The translations under genes and the position numbers were made by a program. The notes beneath the pieces were generated by a model. That model was not told where the DNA came from, ran no database searches, and was given only the letters and a program-made list of their open reading frames with translations. Shown here piece by piece: positions 21,144 to 31,328 of a stretch of DNA of 64,000 bases (positions are counted from its first letter, which is position 1; each line of letters starts with the position of its first letter). This stretch comes from a virus. The DNA lies in the IMG/VR virus record IMGVR_UViG_3300023174_000062; one strand, written 5' to 3'.

Positions 21144-23132
21144 ATGACATTTTTAGCATCCGTATCAGGTAAATTTAGTGCAACGGCACAAGTAAAATCT
21201 AGTGGCGGCGCATCTATCGGCCAGCAAGCATTCGTTGCACCAGGAACATATACATGGATTGCACCTCCAGGAGTTACAAAAGTTTCTGCTGTTTGCATCG
21301 GTGGTGGTGGTTCTGGTCATAGAACATGGGCTAACAGCGGAGGTGGCGGCGGTGGCTTGGGTTGGAAAAATAATATTCCAGTAAGTCCAGGAAGTTCATA
21401 CACAGTACGAGTAGGTGATGGTGGCCGTGATCGCTATGGTGAAGGCGGAGGAACCAGTTACTTCATTGGTACAGGTACTGTAGCAGGTTATGGTGGTGGT
21501 AATCCAAATTCTGGTTCTAATGCTAGTAACGGACCAAATTCAAACAGTTACGGTGGTGGATATGTAGGTGATGGAGGCGGTGCTGGTGGTAATCCAAGTT
21601 ATTATGGTGGTGCCGGTGCTGGCGGCTATACTGGTCGTGGTGGTAATTCTGGTGAAACTATGTGGGGCACTGGTTATGGAGCCGCATCAGGTGGTTGCTA
21701 TTATTCATCAACATACGGCAGTGGTGCTGGTGGTGGTGTTGGAATTTGGGGCAAAGGCTCTGATGGATATTACTTTACATCAAATATTGGTATAACAACA
21801 ACATCAACATATGGCGGTGGTGGCAATGGAGGTTCTGGTGGTGGTCGAGGTCACTACGGAGAGAATCCATTTGTAAGTCCAGGTTTTGAAGTTTTTCATC
21901 CAGCCGGAGGTAACTTCGGTGGTGGAGGCGGCGGTTCCGGCTCAAGTCAAACTACTTTTGCTGGACCAGGCGGTGTAGGTGCAGTGAGATTAATTTGGGG
22001 TCAAGGAAGAGCGTTTCCAGATACAAACACAGGTGATGTTGCACCAGAACTTCAGATTCCATTTCCAACAACAGGCGATGCGGTTTATACACATCCTGGA
22101 ACATACACATGGACATGCCCTCCTGGCGTGTCATCGATATCTGTTGTTTGCGTGGGCGCTGGCTGTGCTGGTTACGGACCATGGACAGGATCCTATGGCG
22201 GTGGAGGTGGCGGTCTAGGATACAAAAATAATTATCCTGTATCACCAGGAAGTACATACACAGTACGAGTAGGTGCTCCGCAACAAAACAGTTATGGACA
22301 AGACTCATATTTTGTTGGTCGTGGTACTGTATGTGGCTATGGTGGCGGTAGTGGCGTTTTTGGAAATGGCGAAACTGGCGGCGGTCCGAATGCAAACAGT
22401 TACGGTGGTGGTTACACAGGCGATGGTGGTGGTGCGGGTGGTACTTACACTAGTTATTCAGGCGGGGGTGCGGGTGGATATACTGGCACAGGCGGAAATT
22501 CAAATGCATATGGTTCTGGTGGTAGTGGCGCTGGCGGTTATGCATATTCTTCAACGTATGGTGGTGCTGGTGGCGGAGGTGTAGGTTTGTACGGACAAGG
22601 CGCATCAGGCTATCCATATGGTTCTGGTTGGTACCCATATTCTACTGGTAATGCCGTAGGCTATGGTAGAATGGGTTCGTACTCAGGTTCGGGTGTTAGT
22701 TCTGGAGGTACAGGTGGTGGTGGTGGCTCTGGAGGCGAAAATGGATTCGCTGGAGAAAATCCTTCATACAGTTATCCCGAAGGCGGTGGAAGTTCATCAT
22801 ATCCTGGTTCACGAGGAGGTAACTGTGGTGGTGGAGGTGGTCCTGGTGGAACAAGTTGGTCGAGGTATAGTTGTGGAGGGGTCGGTGGTGTTCGCATTGT
22901 CTGGCCAGGAAATACAAGAACGTTTCCAAGCACAAACGTTGGTGACGCAATAGGTGATACGATGTATGGAAGAGGCTATTGGGGTGGAGCAAGTGGTCCA
23001 GACGGACGTGGTAGCAACTCAAATTACACTCACATGTTTGGTCCGAATGGCGTAAGAGAACCTCAGTCTCCAATAAACAATAGTTCAAGTACATATATAC
23101 CTGGATATCAACCAACGCTTGGTCAAGCGTAA
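21144..23132 (+). CDS. Glycine-rich virion/fibre-associated protein, paralogue 2
   Basis: Colinear with 19134..21125; first ~58 aa identical. Confidence 0.75.
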   Translation: MTFLASVSGKFSATAQVKSSGGASIGQQAFVAPGTYTWIAPPGVTKVSAVCIGGGGSGHRTWANSGGGGGGLGWKNNIPVSPGSSYTVRVGDGGRDRYGEGGGTSYFIGTGTVAGYGGGNPNSGSNASNGPNSNSYGGGYVGDGGGAGGNPSYYGGAGAGGYTGRGGNSGETMWGTGYGAASGGCYYSSTYGSGAGGGVGIWGKGSDGYYFTSNIGITTTSTYGGGGNGGSGGGRGHYGENPFVSPGFEVFHPAGGNFGGGGGGSGSSQTTFAGPGGVGAVRLIWGQGRAFPDTNTGDVAPELQIPFPTTGDAVYTHPGTYTWTCPPGVSSISVVCVGAGCAGYGPWTGSYGGGGGGLGYKNNYPVSPGSTYTVRVGAPQQNSYGQDSYFVGRGTVCGYGGGSGVFGNGETGGGPNANSYGGGYTGDGGGAGGTYTSYSGGGAGGYTGTGGNSNAYGSGGSGAGGYAYSSTYGGAGGGGVGLYGQGASGYPYGSGWYPYSTGNAVGYGRMGSYSGSGVSSGGTGGGGGSGGENGFAGENPSYSYPEGGGSSSYPGSRGGNCGGGGGPGGTSWSRYSCGGVGGVRIVWPGNTRTFPSTNVGDAIGDTMYGRGYWGGASGPDGRGSNSNYTHMFGPNGVREPQSPINNSSSTYIPGYQPTLGQA

Positions 23133-23163
23133 TTTACAAACTGAAAAATTAGGAGAAAATTAA

Positions 23164-23637
23164 ATGGACTTAAGAATTAAAGTTATTGACGGTGAGGTTA
23201 TCGAACATCCGGTGACTGTAGTAAATCTAAACTATTGTTTTGGTATGGAAATACCACCAGAATATGTTCCTTTCTACAAAGCAGGTATGCCAGCAGTTGG
23301 AGTTTATGAAGTTTGTGAACAACCTTCAACATACACATACGATCCAGAAACAAATACAGTAAGCGAAAGTTGGACTGTTAGAGATATGACTGCCGAAGAA
23401 AAGAAAGCAAAACAAGATAATATTAAAACTATCTTTTTTAGTGAAGATCATCCAACTCATACGTGGACTTCTTGGATTTTCAATGAAGAAACATGTACAA
23501 TGGAAGCGCCTGAACCAGCGCCAGAGCCAACAAGAGAAGAGTCATCACAAGGTATTGGTTTCAATTGGGTTGAAGGCAGAGGTTGGATTCGACACAAAAT
23601 GAATCATGAAACTATGGTATTTGAACCTGTAGAATAA
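23164..23637 (+). CDS. Tail fibre assembly/chaperone-like protein
   Basis: WTVRDMTAEEK..KQ and SWIFNEETC.MEAP.P.P motifs typical of ORFs following Gly-rich fibre genes. Confidence 0.55.
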   Translation: MDLRIKVIDGEVIEHPVTVVNLNYCFGMEIPPEYVPFYKAGMPAVGVYEVCEQPSTYTYDPETNTVSESWTVRDMTAEEKKAKQDNIKTIFFSEDHPTHTWTSWIFNEETCTMEAPEPAPEPTREESSQGIGFNWVEGRGWIRHKMNHETMVFEPVE

Positions 23638-23656
23638 TCTTTTATAAGATTTCAAT

Positions 23657-23688
23657 AAAACCCACCTTCTCGGTGGGTTTTTTATTTT
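23657..23688 (+). terminator. Rho-independent terminator
   Basis: AAAACCCACC-ttctc-GGTGGGTTTT then T-tract. Confidence 0.85.
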
Positions 23689-23697
23689 CCGCCCTAT

Positions 23698-23705
23698 TAT
23701 AAATA
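23698..23705 (+). promoter_or_regulatory. T4-type late promoter TATAAATA
   Basis: Exact consensus after the terminator, before gp13. Confidence 0.8.
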
Positions 23706-23735
23706 GAAGATGAAATTCATTAAGGGGCAAAGTAA

Positions 23736-24485
23736 ATGAGTACAAGCAAACCAGCATCAAGAGAAGAATTCAAACAATTCTGTCTTAGAAGACTAGGTGC
23801 GCCTCTCCTAGAGATAAACGTAGCAGACGAACAAGTTGAAGATTGCATAGAGATTGCGTTTTCATATTACTACGACTATCACTATGACGCAACAGAGAAA
23901 GTCTATCTAGCACATCAAGTCACACAAACAGACATTGACAATAAGTATCTTTCAATAGATGATTCTGTCATTGGTGTGATTAATATTCTTCCATTGGGCA
24001 ACAGTTATTCTACAAACAATCTATTCAATTTGAGATATCAGATTGCACTTAACGATTTGTTTGCTTTCAATACAGGTCCTTTTGCACCATACTACATGGC
24101 ACTTCAGAACGTTGCTTTAGCAGAAGAGTTGTTTGTTGGTAAACAAGCGATTCGTTTTCAACGTCACTCAAATAAACTTTATGTGGATATTGCTTGGGGT
24201 GAGAAAGTTGTTCTCGGAGAATACATCATTGTTGAAGCATATCAACGAATCAATCCAGACACATACACAGATGTTTATAACGATAGATGGCTACAGAAAT
24301 ATTGCACATCACAAATCAAAAAGCAATGGGGTGAAAACTTGAAAAAGTTTGAAGGACTCTCTATGCCAGGCGGAGTTACATTTAACGGGCAGAAAATATA
24401 TGACGAAGCAGTTGAAGAAATCCAGACTATGGAATCTGAAATGATTAGCACATACTCTTTACCTGTTACTGACATGTTAGGCTAA
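23736..24485 (+). CDS. gp13: Neck protein gp13
   Basis: KPASREEFKQFCLRRLGAP.LEINV..EQVED; IKKQWGENL.KF.G..MPGGVT.NG. Confidence 0.95.
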   Translation: MSTSKPASREEFKQFCLRRLGAPLLEINVADEQVEDCIEIAFSYYYDYHYDATEKVYLAHQVTQTDIDNKYLSIDDSVIGVINILPLGNSYSTNNLFNLRYQIALNDLFAFNTGPFAPYYMALQNVALAEELFVGKQAIRFQRHSNKLYVDIAWGEKVVLGEYIIVEAYQRINPDTYTDVYNDRWLQKYCTSQIKKQWGENLKKFEGLSMPGGVTFNGQKIYDEAVEEIQTMESEMISTYSLPVTDMLG

Positions 24486-24489
24486 TCTC

Positions 24490-25302
24490 ATGGCACGTAA
24501 TCGTTATTTTAATCAATACACTCCCGTCAAACAGGAACAAAATCTTGTTGAAGATTTAGTCATAGAGTCTATTAAGATTTATGGTGTAGATGGTTATTAT
24601 TTACCAAGAACGGACGTAAATTTAGATAAGATTTACGGCGAAGATGCGTCTATGATTTTTGATGATGCACTCGAATTAGAATTGTACATTAAAAGTTTTG
24701 AAGGATTTCAAGGTCAAGAAGACTTTCTTTCAAAGTTTGGTTTGCAAATCGATGAATCAATCACATTCGTTGTTGCACAGAAACGTTTCACGCAGTCATT
24801 GAAGCCATCATTCATAACAGAATATGGTTACAACTTTAAAAATGAAGATGGTGAGTATTTGCTAGATGAGCAATCATATGACTATGCAAACATTCTAAGA
24901 CCGAGAGAGGGAGATTTGATTTGGATCCCTATGCTTGGCTACATGTACGAAATTAAATTCACAGAGAACATTGAAAACTTCTTTCAACTAGGTAAACTCT
25001 ACACATACGAAATGCGTTGTGATAGATACGAATACTCTAGCGAACGTATTGATACTGGTGTTGCAGAAATTGATGGAATCGAAGATCAATACAGTCTTTC
25101 TACTGATAACATTCAAAAGATATTGGATGAAGAATCAAATATCTTTGCTTTAGAAGATGACACTAGACTTGTTGCAGAAGGAGACACGGTTATACCATTT
25201 GAAGTTTCCGCAGACAATGAATCTATTGGTCAGAAAATTATTGATGAAGATGTTCTCGACTTCTCAGAGAAGAATCCATTTGCACTTACAAGGACTTATT
25301 AA
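24490..25302 (+). CDS. gp14: Neck protein gp14
   Basis: EQNLVEDL.IESIKIYG....YLPR; LSKFGL.I; RPREGDLI; FFQLGK.YTY; DFSEKNPF. Confidence 0.95.
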   Translation: MARNRYFNQYTPVKQEQNLVEDLVIESIKIYGVDGYYLPRTDVNLDKIYGEDASMIFDDALELELYIKSFEGFQGQEDFLSKFGLQIDESITFVVAQKRFTQSLKPSFITEYGYNFKNEDGEYLLDEQSYDYANILRPREGDLIWIPMLGYMYEIKFTENIENFFQLGKLYTYEMRCDRYEYSSERIDTGVAEIDGIEDQYSLSTDNIQKILDEESNIFALEDDTRLVAEGDTVIPFEVSADNESIGQKIIDEDVLDFSEKNPFALTRTY

Positions 25303-25304
25303 CT

Positions 25305-26033
25305 ATGATGTTCGGTCACGATTTTTACCATGGTGCGTTAAGGCGTTATGTCATCATGTTTGGAAACTTGTTTAATGAAATTCAAGTCGAAAGATATAAT
25401 AGCGATGGAATTAAACAGCAAACAATCAGCGTTCCTATTGAATACTCGCCAAAGCAAAAATTTGTTCAACGTGTTTTAAGTGATCCCACATTGAATCGTG
25501 AGATTTCTGTTAGTCTTCCGAGACTAGGCTTTGAGTTCACTAGCATTACATATGCACCACAGAGAAAATTGAATAGCGCACATAAAATTGTGAGGGGTGT
25601 TGACGCTGGAGGTACAGATTTTAATTATACCTACACGCCAGTTCCATACGATATTAACTTTTCTTTATATGCATTAGTTAGATATGCAGAAGATGGTACG
25701 CAGATTGTCGAACAGATTATTCCATTCTTCACACCAGATTGGACAGTCACTATGAAATTGATTCCTGAACTAGGAATAAATATGGACATACCAATTGAAT
25801 TGACTGGTGTAACTGTTGATGATTCATACGAAGGCGACTTTGATGGACGTAGAATTTTGTCTTGGCAGATGGACTTTACTGTTAAAGGCTATCTATTTGG
25901 ACCTAGCAGAAAGTTCAAGTATATTTCAAATGCTGAAGTCAAGACATTTATTGACACTGGCATTGTAAACATACAAACATTTGATGGCGATGAAAACTTT
26001 ACTGTAACTGAAACTAAAACAAACGGCATATAA
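25305..26033 (+). CDS. gp15: Tail terminator/sheath stabiliser gp15
   Basis: FYH...RRYVIMFGNLFN; LPRLGFE; PVPYDINF.L; QIVEQIIPFFTP. Confidence 0.95.
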   Translation: MMFGHDFYHGALRRYVIMFGNLFNEIQVERYNSDGIKQQTISVPIEYSPKQKFVQRVLSDPTLNREISVSLPRLGFEFTSITYAPQRKLNSAHKIVRGVDAGGTDFNYTYTPVPYDINFSLYALVRYAEDGTQIVEQIIPFFTPDWTVTMKLIPELGINMDIPIELTGVTVDDSYEGDFDGRRILSWQMDFTVKGYLFGPSRKFKYISNAEVKTFIDTGIVNIQTFDGDENFTVTETKTNGI

Positions 26034-26455
26034 TGAAAAAAACTGTTGATGATAAATTGAATGACATATTTGATGTGCAAGGTAAGATTGTTGAACAAGC
26101 ACTACCCGCAGTAGTGGAACAACCAAAAGATATTGTTGGCGCACCGAATGATGATTCTATAGATGCCGACTATGAATATGCAAGAGAAAATCTAAAGTCA
26201 TTCATCGAACAAGGCAAAATTGCTATGGAAAACATTATCTTTTTAGCAAAAGAAGGTGAGTCTCCAAGAGCATACGAAGTTGTCGGTCAGTTGATTAAAA
26301 CATTGTCAGACACTAACAAAGATTTGTTAGACTTGGGTAAAAAAGTAAAAGAGTTAAAGAGTAAAAAAGATGATACACAACAACCACAGCATGTAACGAA
26401 TGCATTGTTTGTTGGTAGCACAGCAGAATTACAGAAACTAATTGGTAAGAGATGA
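26033..26455 (+). CDS. gp16: Terminase small subunit gp16
   Basis: DYEYARENL; ESPRAYEV..QLIK; NALFVGSTAELQK. Confidence 0.95.
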   Translation: MKKTVDDKLNDIFDVQGKIVEQALPAVVEQPKDIVGAPNDDSIDADYEYARENLKSFIEQGKIAMENIIFLAKEGESPRAYEVVGQLIKTLSDTNKDLLDLGKKVKELKSKKDDTQQPQHVTNALFVGSTAELQKLIGKR

Positions 26456-28071
26456 CAGCGAAATCCTATCTAGGAAATTCTCTTTTAAAAGCATCTGGTG
26501 TTCCTCTCAACTTCACAAAAGAAGAAATTGAAGAATACTTGAAATGTGCTGACGATCCTATATACTTCATTGAAAGTTATTGTAAGATTGTCACGCTAGA
26601 CCATGGGCTTCAGCCATTTAAACTTTATGATTGTCAAAAGAACAAAGTAAAGATTATCCATGAGAATCGTAAAGTCATTCTTATGGAAGGTCGCCAACAA
26701 GGTAAAACAACAACATCGGCTGCCTACATTCTATGGTACACATTGTTTCAAGGAAGCAAGACTGTAGCGATTCTAGCAAACAAAGCAACAGCCGCTAGAG
26801 AAGTTTTGTATCGTTATCAAATCATGTATGAGAATCTTCCCACATGGCTTCAGCAAGGTGTCACTACATGGAACAAGGGTGACATTGCTTTAGAGAATGG
26901 CTCAATCGTATTCACAGCCGCAACAAGCGCATCAGGTATTCGTGGTAAGTCAGTTAACTTATTGTACGTTGACGAAGCCGCTATCATACCGAACAATGTA
27001 GCAGAACAATTCTTCACTTCAGTTTATCCTACGATTTCTGCTGGTGAAACGACAAAGATTCTGTTAAGTTCTACCCCACTAGGATACAATCATTTCTGGA
27101 AGTTCTGGAATGATGCAGAGAACGATAGAAACGGGTTTGTCAATCTGTTCATTCCTTACTGGGAGATTCCTGGACGTGATGAGAAGTGGGCATCTGAGCA
27201 AAGAAGATTGCTTGGTGAGTTGAAGTTTAATCAAGAGGTTCTTTGTAACTTTTTGGGTTCTAGTCTCACACTCATTGCATCTGACGTTATAGCGCAAATG
27301 TCTGCTGATCCTATCATATATCAAAAAGATGGGCTTGATATATATGAGAAAGTAGAAAAAGATCACGCATACTGCATCATTGCAGACACCGCTAAAGGTG
27401 TTGGTGGTGACTACTCAGCATTTCAGATTATCGATATAACTCAAATGCCATACAAGATTGTGGGTAAGTACAGAAACAATGAAATTAGTCCACTTTTGTA
27501 TCCGTCAGTACTTTACAGAGTTGGTAAAGAATACAATGAAGCATATATTTTAATTGAAATAAATTCTTCAGAGCAAGTTGCAGAGATTCTTTATGGTGAA
27601 TATGAATATGAAAATATCATCTCTGTTAGCAGAACACCTCAAGGACAAGTTGTCAATGGGGGCTTTGGTGGAGGTAAGACTCAATTAGGCGTTGTCACGG
27701 ATAAGAAAATTAAACGCATTGGTTGTTCTAACTTCAAGTCTATGGTTGAAGAGAAAAAACTAGTAATTCGTGATGCAGATACAATATCAGAAATTTCAAC
27801 GTTTATTGAACGAAAGAATAGTTATTCTGCTGACGAAGGATATCACGATGACTTGGTTATGCCTTTAGTTCTATTTTCATGGTTGACAACAAACACATAC
27901 TTTAAAGAGTTGACTAACATTAATATCAGAAAAGAGTTGTACGAAGCAAGAATCAAAATGATTGAGGAGGAAATAACTCCATTCGGTTTTATAAATAATG
28001 GTGAAGATAATGAAGTTTTTAAAGACAATTCAGGACAAGTTTGGGAAACTTATAAAAGTGAATTTTTATAA
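26452..28071 (+). CDS. gp17: Terminase large subunit gp17
   Basis: GRQQGKTT Walker A; LLYVDEAA Walker B; STPLG.NHF; HDDLVM nuclease motif. Confidence 0.97.
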   Translation: MTAKSYLGNSLLKASGVPLNFTKEEIEEYLKCADDPIYFIESYCKIVTLDHGLQPFKLYDCQKNKVKIIHENRKVILMEGRQQGKTTTSAAYILWYTLFQGSKTVAILANKATAAREVLYRYQIMYENLPTWLQQGVTTWNKGDIALENGSIVFTAATSASGIRGKSVNLLYVDEAAIIPNNVAEQFFTSVYPTISAGETTKILLSSTPLGYNHFWKFWNDAENDRNGFVNLFIPYWEIPGRDEKWASEQRRLLGELKFNQEVLCNFLGSSLTLIASDVIAQMSADPIIYQKDGLDIYEKVEKDHAYCIIADTAKGVGGDYSAFQIIDITQMPYKIVGKYRNNEISPLLYPSVLYRVGKEYNEAYILIEINSSEQVAEILYGEYEYENIISVSRTPQGQVVNGGFGGGKTQLGVVTDKKIKRIGCSNFKSMVEEKKLVIRDADTISEISTFIERKNSYSADEGYHDDLVMPLVLFSWLTTNTYFKELTNINIRKELYEARIKMIEEEITPFGFINNGEDNEVFKDNSGQVWETYKSEFL

Positions 28072-28074
28072 ATA
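28067..28074 (+). promoter_or_regulatory. T4-type late promoter TATAAATA (second copy at 27990-27997)
   Basis: Exact consensus before gp18. Confidence 0.8.
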
Positions 28075-28113
28075 AATTAAACAAACCCACATCATTATAA
28101 CAAGGAGAATTCA

Positions 28114-30018
28114 ATGGCTATAAGTCTAATTTCACCAGGCGTTAAGATCACCGAACAAGATTTGGTAACGTCTAATCAATCAGCATCATCAACAATTGGC
28201 GCATTTTCTGGACAATTTACATGGGGTCCTATCGAAGTTGCTACTCAAGTAGCAGGCGAAAGCGACTTGGTAAATCAGTTTGGTAAACCAAATACAAATA
28301 ATAACGTAGACTTCTTGTCTGCCGCAAACTTTTTGGGATATTCTTCTCCATTGTTTGTTGTTCGTGTCGCTAACACAGCACTAAACGCTACAACAGAAAC
28401 TGCTACAGGTTCTGGTGGTACTGGTACAGGTCAATTAGTTAAGAATGATGATGCATATTTAAATACAGCATCTTTTAACATTGGTCCATTCATTGCAAAA
28501 TACGCAGGCGACTATGGAAACGCACTTAAAGTTTCTACTTGCCCATCTTCAACTGCATGGTCTTCTTCATTGACTGGAACATTTACAGTTGCGGCTGGTT
28601 CTACTCAAGTTGTTGGTGCTGGTTCTGCGGCAAACACAGAATTGAGAGTTGGCGATCAAATCGTTCTCTCTGGACGTACTGCAAAAGTACAATCTATTGC
28701 AAACGCAACATATTTCACATTAGACTCTGCACACTTATCTGGTGCATCTGCTGTTTCTGCTACTCGCCGTTGGGAATTCTTCAATGAATTCGATCAAGCA
28801 CCAAGCACAACAGCACAAGCCGCCGCAGTTGGCGCAACTAATGATGAAATGCACGTTGTTGTCGTTGACAGAACTGGTGCAATCACTGGTACAGCAAACA
28901 CAGTTTTAGAAAAATACGCAAGCGTATCTAAAGCGGCTAATGCAAGATCAGAAAATGGTGGTACTAACTACTACAAAGAAGTTATCAATCAGCGTTCTGA
29001 TTGGGTTCGTTGGACTGCTCACGACAATGCTGGTACAAATTGGGGTACAAACCTTACAGCGGCTAACGGCGCACCAACAACATACACTTCAGTAACTACT
29101 CCTAAGAACTATAACTTCAATGGTGGTTCTGATGGTACTACTTTAACAGATGGTGATCGTGTAACTGGTTACTTGAAGTATGCAAACAAATCTGAAGTTC
29201 CAGCAACAATCGTTATTGCTGGTCAAGCAAACGCTACAGTAGCAAACAGAATCATTGGTGACATTGCTGAAGTAAGAAAAGATGCTATCGTTTGTATCTC
29301 TCCATTGAGAGCAAACGTTGTTAATAACTCTGGTTCTGAAGCATCTGCAATTGCAACATGGGCTGATACAGTCACACGTTCTACATACGCATTCGCAGAT
29401 AGCGGATGGAAGTATCAGTACGACAAATACAATGACGTATATGTTTATGTTCCATTGAATGCTGACATAGCAGGTTGCATGGCACGTAATGATGCAAATG
29501 CAGAAGCATGGTTGTCACCAGCAGGTTTTAACACTGGTCGTATTCAAAACTTAGTTCGTTTGGCTTTCAATCCAACTCAAGCAGAGCGTGACACACTTTA
29601 CAAGACTGCTGTTAATCCAGTAAGTACACAAGTTGGTCGTGGTACAATCTTGTTTGGTGACAAGACATTCGTAACAAGAAACACATCAACTAACAGAATT
29701 AACGTTCGTAGATTGTTTATCGAATTAGAGAAAACAATTGGTGTTGCGGCTGATAACGTATTGTTCGATCAGAATGATGAAACTACTCGCTCAAACTTTG
29801 TTAACTTGATTACTCCTTATTTAAGAAGTGTTCAAGCACGCCGTGGTATTGCCGCATTCAGAGTTGTTTGTGATGGTAGCAACAATCCAGAAGACGTTGT
29901 AAATGCCAACGAATTTGTTTGCGATATTTTCGTACAACCAATCCGTTCTGTTAACTTCATTCAACTCAACTTTGTGTCTGTAAGAGGTACTGCTACTTTT
30001 AATCAAATCGCAGGCTAA
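28114..30018 (+). CDS. gp18: Tail sheath protein gp18
   Basis: SPGV...E.D; WLSPAGFN.G; LFGDKT; RINVRRLFI; P.RSVNFIQLNFV. Confidence 0.97.
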   Translation: MAISLISPGVKITEQDLVTSNQSASSTIGAFSGQFTWGPIEVATQVAGESDLVNQFGKPNTNNNVDFLSAANFLGYSSPLFVVRVANTALNATTETATGSGGTGTGQLVKNDDAYLNTASFNIGPFIAKYAGDYGNALKVSTCPSSTAWSSSLTGTFTVAAGSTQVVGAGSAANTELRVGDQIVLSGRTAKVQSIANATYFTLDSAHLSGASAVSATRRWEFFNEFDQAPSTTAQAAAVGATNDEMHVVVVDRTGAITGTANTVLEKYASVSKAANARSENGGTNYYKEVINQRSDWVRWTAHDNAGTNWGTNLTAANGAPTTYTSVTTPKNYNFNGGSDGTTLTDGDRVTGYLKYANKSEVPATIVIAGQANATVANRIIGDIAEVRKDAIVCISPLRANVVNNSGSEASAIATWADTVTRSTYAFADSGWKYQYDKYNDVYVYVPLNADIAGCMARNDANAEAWLSPAGFNTGRIQNLVRLAFNPTQAERDTLYKTAVNPVSTQVGRGTILFGDKTFVTRNTSTNRINVRRLFIELEKTIGVAADNVLFDQNDETTRSNFVNLITPYLRSVQARRGIAAFRVVCDGSNNPEDVVNANEFVCDIFVQPIRSVNFIQLNFVSVRGTATFNQIAG

Positions 30019-30046
30019 ATAACTACAGACAATAAAGGAGATAGAA

Positions 30047-30640
30047 ATGGCAGATTTTTCAATAACAAAGTTTAGAGCGGCCATAGGGACTGGCTCTAGA
30101 CCAAACCTATTTAAGGTTGTGGTAACGCCTCCAAGAGCAACAGGATATGATTTGACAGGGTTTGAATACTTGTGCAGATCAGGTTCGCTACCATCATCTA
30201 CATTAGGCACAATTGAAATCCCTATGAATGCTGGTCGTAGATTAAAAATGGGCGGTGATAGAACATTCACAGAATGGACTTCAACCGTTCTTAACGATGA
30301 AGGTTATAAAATTCGTTCTGCTATTGAAAAATGGCAGAATGATATCGTTAAGGTAAATTTCGATTTAGGTGTAATCGGAAATAGATCAGCATCTATTGGC
30401 GCACAAGATGGAAATGGTCTTTACGGTTCAGTTACAATTTATCAATTAAAAGAGGACGGAAGTTCTGTTCCTAATGGTAGTTATAGATTGGTTAATTGCT
30501 GGCCAACAGACATTTCAGCCATCGACTTATCATACGACACAACAGATGCAGTAGAAGATTTCACAGTAACTTGGACTTACGATTACTTTGAAAATGGATT
30601 TGAAGGCGAATCTGCTATTGCATCACTAAGTAAAGGATAA
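30047..30640 (+). CDS. gp19: Tail tube protein gp19, paralogue 1
   Basis: G.RPNLF; C.S.SLP.STLG.IE; GDRTF.EWT.TV.ND; CWPT.IS.IDLSYD....VE.FTVT..YDY. Confidence 0.9.
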   Translation: MADFSITKFRAAIGTGSRPNLFKVVVTPPRATGYDLTGFEYLCRSGSLPSSTLGTIEIPMNAGRRLKMGGDRTFTEWTSTVLNDEGYKIRSAIEKWQNDIVKVNFDLGVIGNRSASIGAQDGNGLYGSVTIYQLKEDGSSVPNGSYRLVNCWPTDISAIDLSYDTTDAVEDFTVTWTYDYFENGFEGESAIASLSKG

Positions 30641-30645
30641 AAATT

Positions 30646-31218
30646 ATGGCATTCGCAACACTCACACAACTAAAAACCGCTTTAGTTAGAGGCGCAAGAG
30701 CAAACCTATTTGAAATTGAAATGGGTTTCCCAGCATCTCTTAGCACAGTAACTGGTGGCGCTACAGACTCATTAAAACTATTATGTAAATCTGGTGCTGT
30801 ACCAGGCTTTACGATTGGAACAATTGAAGTTCCATATAAGGCTGGTAGAAGAATTAAGATTCCAGGCGACAGAACATTTGCTGATTGGTCGGTAACAGTT
30901 ATTAACGATGAAGATCATAAATTACGCCGTGCATTCACTTCATGGGTTAATTTAATTTCTAAATCTAATTATGACTCTCCTACAAAGTCAACAGCGCAAG
31001 ATTATTATAAAGATATTATTGTTAGTCAATTGAATGCAGATGGTGCAGTTGTTAGAAAATACAAATTAAATGATGCATATCCAACTGACGTTGGCGCATT
31101 AGATTTGTCTTTTGATAGCACAGACACAATTTCTGAATTTACTGTTAACTTCCAATATCATCATATGCAAGCGGCTACTGGAACTACTGCGTTTTCTACG
31201 ACACTCGATCTAGCATAA
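30646..31218 (+). CDS. gp19: Tail tube protein gp19, paralogue 2
   Basis: GARANLF; GRRIKIPGDRTFADWSVTVIND; AYPT.VG.LDLSFD....ISEFTV.FQY. Confidence 0.9.
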   Translation: MAFATLTQLKTALVRGARANLFEIEMGFPASLSTVTGGATDSLKLLCKSGAVPGFTIGTIEVPYKAGRRIKIPGDRTFADWSVTVINDEDHKLRRAFTSWVNLISKSNYDSPTKSTAQDYYKDIIVSQLNADGAVVRKYKLNDAYPTDVGALDLSFDSTDTISEFTVNFQYHHMQAATGTTAFSTTLDLA

Positions 31219-31282
31219 CTGTATAAAAAGACTTAAATAATGTATTTTACGCAACATAAATAATTGCGTAATAGTTGTCAAT

Positions 31283-31314
31283 AATGGGGGCTATTACGCC
31301 CCCATTTCTTTTTT
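31283..31314 (+). terminator. Rho-independent terminator (possibly conditional)
   Basis: AATGGGGGC-tattac-GCCCCCATT then TCTTTTTT. Confidence 0.8.
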
Positions 31315-31328
31315 AGAGAGACTCAAAT

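Larger units (their letters stand above)
19122..23132 (+). repeat. Tandem gene duplication, 2010-nt period
   Basis: AGGAAAAACAAATGACATTTTTAGCATC begins both copies; end-to-end colinearity. Confidence 0.95.

Noticed and set aside
19134-23132. Diversity-generating retroelement TR/VR pair
   Set aside because: Both copies are full ORFs, differences are not adenine-restricted and include indels, and no reverse transcriptase is present in the window
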